Shown: piece after piece, positions 51,397-56,824 of the stretch | How the letters are laid out: every line of letters begins with the position of its first letter | How positions within the stretch are numbered: the first letter of the stretch is position 1 | From: Prochlorococcus sp. AG-424-E20 | GTDB taxonomy: Bacteria > Cyanobacteriota > Cyanobacteriia > PCC-6307 > Cyanobiaceae | Direction: 5' to 3' | Assembly (NCBI GenBank): GCA_003213355.1 | Contig: QCND01000001.1 | Coordinates: 1 to 56,824, forward strand | DNA length: 56,824 nt | The notes under the pieces: generated by a model | Database searches by the model: none | What the model was told of the DNA's origin: nothing | Seen by the model: the letters and a program-made list of their open reading frames with translations, nothing else | Translations under genes and position numbers: made by a program

Positions 51397-52732
51397 ATTC
51401 TCTAATTCGTATTGATTCTGCATGACTATGTAGTCCCTCGCTATTGGCTAACTGTACAACTGCATTTTTATTTTCATTAAATGCTTCTTTTGAAAAATCT
51501 ATAAGTGAGGTATTTTTCATAAAAGTTTCAACCCCAAGAGCGCCAGCAAATCTTGCAGTTCCAGAAGTGGGAAGAGTGTGATTAGGCCCGCCAAGATAAT
51601 CTCCAATAGCCTCTGGGCTCCATGGGCCCATAAATATTGCCCCAGCATTGTTTATGCTTTCTGATAATTTTTTTGGGTCCTCTACAAGTAATTCAAGATG
51701 TTCTGGGGCAAAAGTATCGCTTAATTGCGCACAAGTTTCTAAATCATCACAAAGGACTATTAAACCCCAGTTGGAAATTGATTCTTGACATATTTTTAAT
51801 CTTGGATGATTAATTAATTGACGGTTAATTTCTGCGGGTAACTTTTCAGCTAATTTTGTATTTGTAGTGATTAGTATCGCTGAGGCTAAAGGATCATGTT
51901 CTGACTGAGCTAACATATCAGATGCAACATGTTCTAATTTTGCTGATTGATCAGCGATTATTAAGATCTCGCTTGGACCAGCCAAAGAATCAATTCCTAC
52001 CTTTCCATAAACTTTTTTCTTTGCCAACGTTACATAAATATTTCCTGGTCCAGTAATTACATCTACTTTTGGAATTGATTCAGTTCCACTAGCAAGTGCG
52101 CAAATAGCTTGAGCGCCTCCAAGACGAAAGATTTTGTTGATACCTGTAATATGTGCTGCAGCTAAAACGGTTTGGTTTATCTCTCCTTGAGAGTTAGCAG
52201 GAGAAACCATAATAATTTGATTAACTCCTGCAACATAAGCAGGAATAGCATTCATTAACACGGTGCTGGGATAGGCGGCTCTTCCGCCAGGAACATAAAT
52301 GCCTGCTTTTTCAACAGGGCTCCATCTTCTTCCAAGTGTTTCACCATTGGGTCCTGTATAAGTAATATTTTTTGGTACCTGAAGACTATGAAATTTTTCA
52401 ATTCTTTTTTTTGCCAATAAAAGTGCATCTTGAAGTTCCCTAGGAGTCTCTTCCCACGCTTTCAGTATTAAATCTGATGAAACTTGAAATTTTTCCGTTA
52501 GAAATCCATCAAAGCGAGAAGTGTATTCTGTAAGTGCCTCATCCCCTCTTTCCCTTACGTTTTTAAGAATATCGTCAACTACCTTTATAGCTTCATCTTG
52601 AACGGTTCCAGATGTTCTCTCAGTAATTTTCCTTAGCTCAAACTGTGCCTGATCAATGCTATTAGCTGTTTTTATGGTCAATTTTTTTGAAGAGGTTTCT
52701 TGAACCTCGTCTTTATTAATTATTTGCTTCAT
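51383..52732 (-). CDS. hisD: Histidinol dehydrogenase
   Basis: YVPGG, GPGNIYV, AGPSE, QSEHD, APEHLE, NHTLPT. Confidence 0.98.
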   Translation of the reverse strand: MKQIINKDEVQETSSKKLTIKTANSIDQAQFELRKITERTSGTVQDEAIKVVDDILKNVRERGDEALTEYTSRFDGFLTEKFQVSSDLILKAWEETPRELQDALLLAKKRIEKFHSLQVPKNITYTGPNGETLGRRWSPVEKAGIYVPGGRAAYPSTVLMNAIPAYVAGVNQIIMVSPANSQGEINQTVLAAAHITGINKIFRLGGAQAICALASGTESIPKVDVITGPGNIYVTLAKKKVYGKVGIDSLAGPSEILIIADQSAKLEHVASDMLAQSEHDPLASAILITTNTKLAEKLPAEINRQLINHPRLKICQESISNWGLIVLCDDLETCAQLSDTFAPEHLELLVEDPKKLSESINNAGAIFMGPWSPEAIGDYLGGPNHTLPTSGTARFAGALGVETFMKNTSLIDFSKEAFNENKNAVVQLANSEGLHSHAESIRIRESKSF

Positions 52733-52843
52733 GAACTTTTGGCTATTGGTTCAATTTGATTATCTTATGCCTTAATTTTGATTTATGTAGATCTTCTTCA
52801 TGGTCTTGAGGTAGTGTGGATTAACATAAGACTAAAACACTAA

Positions 52844-53146
<303 letters not shown>

Positions 53147-53189
53147 GAATAAATAATCTAATATTGAAAGAGAATTTCATTTTTCTATC

Positions 53190-53981
53190 TTGAGCGATTC
53201 GAAAAGTTCGATAATTGATAGTCACTGCCATATCGTATTCTCTAACTTTAATGAGGATAGAGAAAAAGTTGCAGAAAGGTGGAGATCACAAGGAGTTAAA
53301 GCTTTATTGCATGCTTGCGTAGAACCATCTGAAATTCCTGCTATTAAATCAATGGCTGATCAATTTCAGGAGTTGAGATATTCAGTAGGAGTTCATCCAT
53401 TGGACGCCCATCATTGGGGACCTGAAACTTTAAGTGTTTTAAAAAATGCAGCTCTTGATGACAGTCGAGTTGTTGCTATTGGAGAATTAGGACTAGATCT
53501 TTTCAAAGCAGAGAACTTGAGTGAGCAGCTTTCAATTTTAATGCCGCAATTAAACTTGGCTTTTGAATTGAAGTTACCGGTCATTGTTCATTGCAGAGAT
53601 GCCGCAAAAGAAATGTTAGAAGTTTTTGCTAAGCTTTCCAAAGCTGGTTGCTGTCCAAAAGGGGTTATGCATTGCTGGAGTGGCAATGTCAAAGAGATGA
53701 AAGAGTTTCTTGATCTTGGCTTTTACATAAGCTTCAGTGGAAATGTAACTTTCAAAAACGCTATTGATATCCATGAATGTGCTAAAAAAGTTCCTCAAAG
53801 TAGATTTTTAGTTGAAACCGATAGCCCTTTCTTGTCACCTGTCCCTCATAGAGGCAAAAGGAATGAACCTTCTTTCGTAAAGCACGTGGTAGATAAAATT
53901 TCAGAGATTAGAGGCGAAAGCTTTTCTGAAATTGCTGAAAAAAGCACTCAAAATGCAAGGGAATTGTTTGCGTTGCCTTAA
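53190..53981 (+). CDS. tatD: TatD-family DNase
   Basis: DSHCH, GVHP, AIGELGLD, HCRDA, ETDSP. Confidence 0.96.
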   Translation: MSDSKSSIIDSHCHIVFSNFNEDREKVAERWRSQGVKALLHACVEPSEIPAIKSMADQFQELRYSVGVHPLDAHHWGPETLSVLKNAALDDSRVVAIGELGLDLFKAENLSEQLSILMPQLNLAFELKLPVIVHCRDAAKEMLEVFAKLSKAGCCPKGVMHCWSGNVKEMKEFLDLGFYISFSGNVTFKNAIDIHECAKKVPQSRFLVETDSPFLSPVPHRGKRNEPSFVKHVVDKISEIRGESFSEIAEKSTQNARELFALP

Positions 53982-54234
53982 ATATTATTCTTTTATCTAG
54001 TTTATTATCTGATTAGAGTGTACAGTTAACTATTGTCTTGACTATGCGTGGTATCTGCGCTTAAACCTTTAAGGTTCTACCTTTTGAGTCAGTTTGTTCG
54101 TTGATTAAGTAAAATCAATTTCAAAACTCAATCTTCTAGGAGATTGTTTTTTGTTTTTTCTTACTAAAGATCATTTTTCGACCTAAAGGACAAGACATAA
54201 ACACCTTCCTCTACATATAAACCCAGGTTCTCGA

Positions 54235-56824
54235 ATGAGCAGAAGCGCGATTCAGGTGGCCAAAGCAGCTACATATCTGCCTGATCTGGTTGAGGTGCAA
54301 AGATCAAGTTTTAAGTGGTTTCTGGATAAAGGCTTGATAGAAGAATTAGACAATTTTTCTCCCATTACAGACTATACAGGTAAGCTTGAACTACATTTTA
54401 TAGGAGCAGAATATAAACTTAAGCGTCCGAGGCATGATGTAGAAGAAGCAAAAAGAAGAGATGCAACTTTTGCTTCTCAAATGTATGTCACTTGTCGTTT
54501 AGTAAATAAAGAAACCGGAGAAATTAAAGAACAAGAAGTTTTTATAGGTGAACTGCCTTTGATGACTGAACGTGGAACTTTTATCATTAATGGTGCTGAG
54601 AGAGTAATAGTTAATCAAATCGTTCGAAGTCCAGGAGTTTATTTCAAAGATGAGCAAGATAAAAATGGTAGAAGAACTTACAATGCAAGCGTTATTCCTA
54701 ATCGTGGAGCATGGTTAAAGTTTGAAACTGATAAAAACGATTTACTGCATGTTCGTGTAGATAAAACACGAAAAATAAATGCTCATGTCTTAATGAGGGC
54801 AATGGGCTTATCAGATAATGATGTCATAGATAAATTACGACATCCTGAGTTTTATAAAAAGTCAATAGATGCAGCAAATGAAGAAGGTATAAGTTCAGAA
54901 GACCAAGCATTGTTAGAGCTTTATAAAAAGTTGAGACCAGGCGAGCCACCTTCAGTAAGTGGTGGTCAACAGTTACTCCAAACAAGATTTTTTGATCCAA
55001 AACGATATGATTTAGGTAGAGTTGGTAGATATAAAATAAATAAGAAATTACGACTGACTATTCCTGACAATTTAAGAACACTTACGAACGAAGATGTTCT
55101 TTCTACTTTAGATTATTTAATCAATTTAGAATTAGATGTTGGTGGAGCAACTTTGGATGATATTGATCATTTAGGTAATAGGAGAGTTAGGTCAGTCGGT
55201 GAACTTCTACAAAATCAAGTTCGAGTTGGTTTAAATAGACTTGAAAGGATAATCAAAGAGAGGATGACCGTTGGAGAAACAGATTCACTTACTCCCGCAC
55301 AATTGGTAAATCCAAAACCTTTAGTAGCAGCAATAAAAGAATTTTTTGGTTCAAGTCAATTAAGTCAATTTATGGATCAAACCAATCCATTAGCTGAATT
55401 AACGCATAAAAGACGTATCTCTGCTTTGGGACCAGGGGGGTTAACTCGTGAAAGAGCTGGCTTTGCCGTTCGGGATATTCATCCATCTCACTATGGAAGA
55501 CTTTGTCCGATTGAAACACCTGAAGGACCAAATGCGGGTCTGATTAATTCGTTAGCAACTCACGCACGAGTAAATGAATACGGTTTTATTGAGACACCAT
55601 TTTGGAAGGTGGAGCATGGTCGATTAATTAAGGAAGGTGATCCTATTTATCTTTCTGCAGATCTAGAAGATGAATGTAGGGTTGCACCTGGTGATGTGGC
55701 TACAAACGAAGAGGGGAAAATAATAGCAGAACTTGTTCCAGTTAGGTATCGACAAGATTTTGAAACGGTATCTCCAGAACAAGTTGATTATGTCCAACTT
55801 TCACCTGTTCAGGTTATTTCTGTAGCTGCATCCTTGATTCCATTTTTGGAACACGATGATGCTAACCGAGCTTTGATGGGTTCCAATATGCAAAGACAAG
55901 CAGTTCCTCTTTTGCGTCCAGAAAGGCCTTTAGTTGGGACTGGTTTAGAGACTCAAGTTGCTAGAGATTCTGGTATGGTTCCAATTTCAAAAGTAAATGG
56001 AACAGTGACTTATGTTGACGCGAATGCAATTGTAGTTACTGATGACGAGGGAAATGATCACACTCATTACTTGCAAAAATATCAGAGATCTAATCAAGAC
56101 ACTTGTTTAAACCATAGGCCCATAGTTTTCAATGGTGATCCAGTAATTGTGGGGCAAGTTTTAGCTGATGGTTCCGCATGTGAGGGAGGGGAAATAGCTC
56201 TTGGTCAAAATGTATTAATTGCATACATGCCATGGGAAGGTTACAACTATGAAGATGCAATTCTTGTTAGTGAAAGGTTAGTAAAAGATGATCTATATAC
56301 TTCTGTCCATATAGAAAAATATGAAATAGAAGCTCGTCAAACCAAGCTAGGTCCAGAAGAAATAACAAGAGAAATCCCAAATGTTTCAGAAGAAAATCTT
56401 GGGAATTTGGATGAAATGGGAATAATACGAATAGGAGCTTTCGTGGAGAGTGGTGACATACTTGTTGGAAAAGTAACCCCTAAAGGAGAGTCAGACCAGC
56501 CGCCTGAGGAAAAGCTTCTAAGAGCTATTTTTGGAGAAAAAGCTAGAGATGTAAGAGATAACTCTCTCCGAGTTCCCTCAACTGAAAGAGGACGAGTAGT
56601 TGATGTAAGAATCTATACAAGAGAGCAGGGTGATGAGTTACCACCTGGTGCAAATATGGTTGTAAGAGTCTATGTGGCGCAGCGCAGGAAAATTCAAGTT
56701 GGCGATAAAATGGCTGGAAGGCATGGCAACAAGGGGATTATCAGCAGAATACTGCCAAGAGAGGATATGCCTTATCTTCCTGATGGCACACCTGTAGACA
56801 TATGCCTCAATCCACTGGGTGTCC
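54235..56824 (+). CDS. rpoB: RNA polymerase beta subunit (3'-truncated by window edge)
   Basis: Hand translation [22 protein letters not shown]; later [36 protein letters not shown]; absent from the track because there is no stop. Confidence 0.99.
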   Translation, partial: MSRSAIQVAKAATYLPDLVEVQRSSFKWFLDKGLIEELDNFSPITDYTGKLELHFIGAEYKLKRPRHDVEEAKRRDATFASQMYVTCRLVNKETGEIKEQEVFIGELPLMTERGTFIINGAERVIVNQIVRSPGVYFKDEQDKNGRRTYNASVIPNRGAWLKFETDKNDLLHVRVDKTRKINAHVLMRAMGLSDNDVIDKLRHPEFYKKSIDAANEEGISSEDQALLELYKKLRPGEPPSVSGGQQLLQTRFFDPKRYDLGRVGRYKINKKLRLTIPDNLRTLTNEDVLSTLDYLINLELDVGGATLDDIDHLGNRRVRSVGELLQNQVRVGLNRLERIIKERMTVGETDSLTPAQLVNPKPLVAAIKEFFGSSQLSQFMDQTNPLAELTHKRRISALGPGGLTRERAGFAVRDIHPSHYGRLCPIETPEGPNAGLINSLATHARVNEYGFIETPFWKVEHGRLIKEGDPIYLSADLEDECRVAPGDVATNEEGKIIAELVPVRYRQDFETVSPEQVDYVQLSPVQVISVAASLIPFLEHDDANRALMGSNMQRQAVPLLRPERPLVGTGLETQVARDSGMVPISKVNGTVTYVDANAIVVTDDEGNDHTHYLQKYQRSNQDTCLNHRPIVFNGDPVIVGQVLADGSACEGGEIALGQNVLIAYMPWEGYNYEDAILVSERLVKDDLYTSVHIEKYEIEARQTKLGPEEITREIPNVSEENLGNLDEMGIIRIGAFVESGDILVGKVTPKGESDQPPEEKLLRAIFGEKARDVRDNSLRVPSTERGRVVDVRIYTREQGDELPPGANMVVRVYVAQRRKIQVGDKMAGRHGNKGIISRILPREDMPYLPDGTPVDICLNPLGV

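Overview
AT-rich chromosome segment of a marine picocyanobacterium. Gene content and order fit Prochlorococcus marinus, and a low-light NATL-like strain is an inference from overall character. The left arm is core genome: fusA(partial)-tuf-rpsJ, pheA, rnhB-rne, dapL, clpS and a radical SAM gene. The right arm is also core: infB-ylxR-nusA-rimP, degP, rpiA, hisD, rpsT, tatD and rpoB(partial). Between them is a ~30 kb nutrient-acquisition region ending at tRNA-Thr(CGT), in three parts. (i) A nitrogen block: a porin with NtcA boxes and a Yfr1-type site that is almost free of N-containing side chains, urease ureDABC/ureEFG, and urea ABC transporter urtABCDE behind a cluster of NtcA-like boxes. (ii) An AT-rich stretch with several unannotated microproteins (zinc-ribbon, HLIP-like, DUF4278 behind a glutamine-II riboswitch, basic peptides) and a candidate sRNA. 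(iii) A metal island: WD40 + COG0523 GTPase, ZnuA/ZnuC/Zur/ZnuB, a Cys-rich RHH-like protein, two DUF3721 proteins, a His/Met-rich porin and folE. The most striking observation is a ~130-aa domain (FEWxGVF...DPxM...FTxH..EF...PIA) inserted in both the periplasmic ZnuA and the cytoplasmic COG0523 chaperone. No CRISPR array, integrase or transposase was seen. All assignments were made by eye without database searches.
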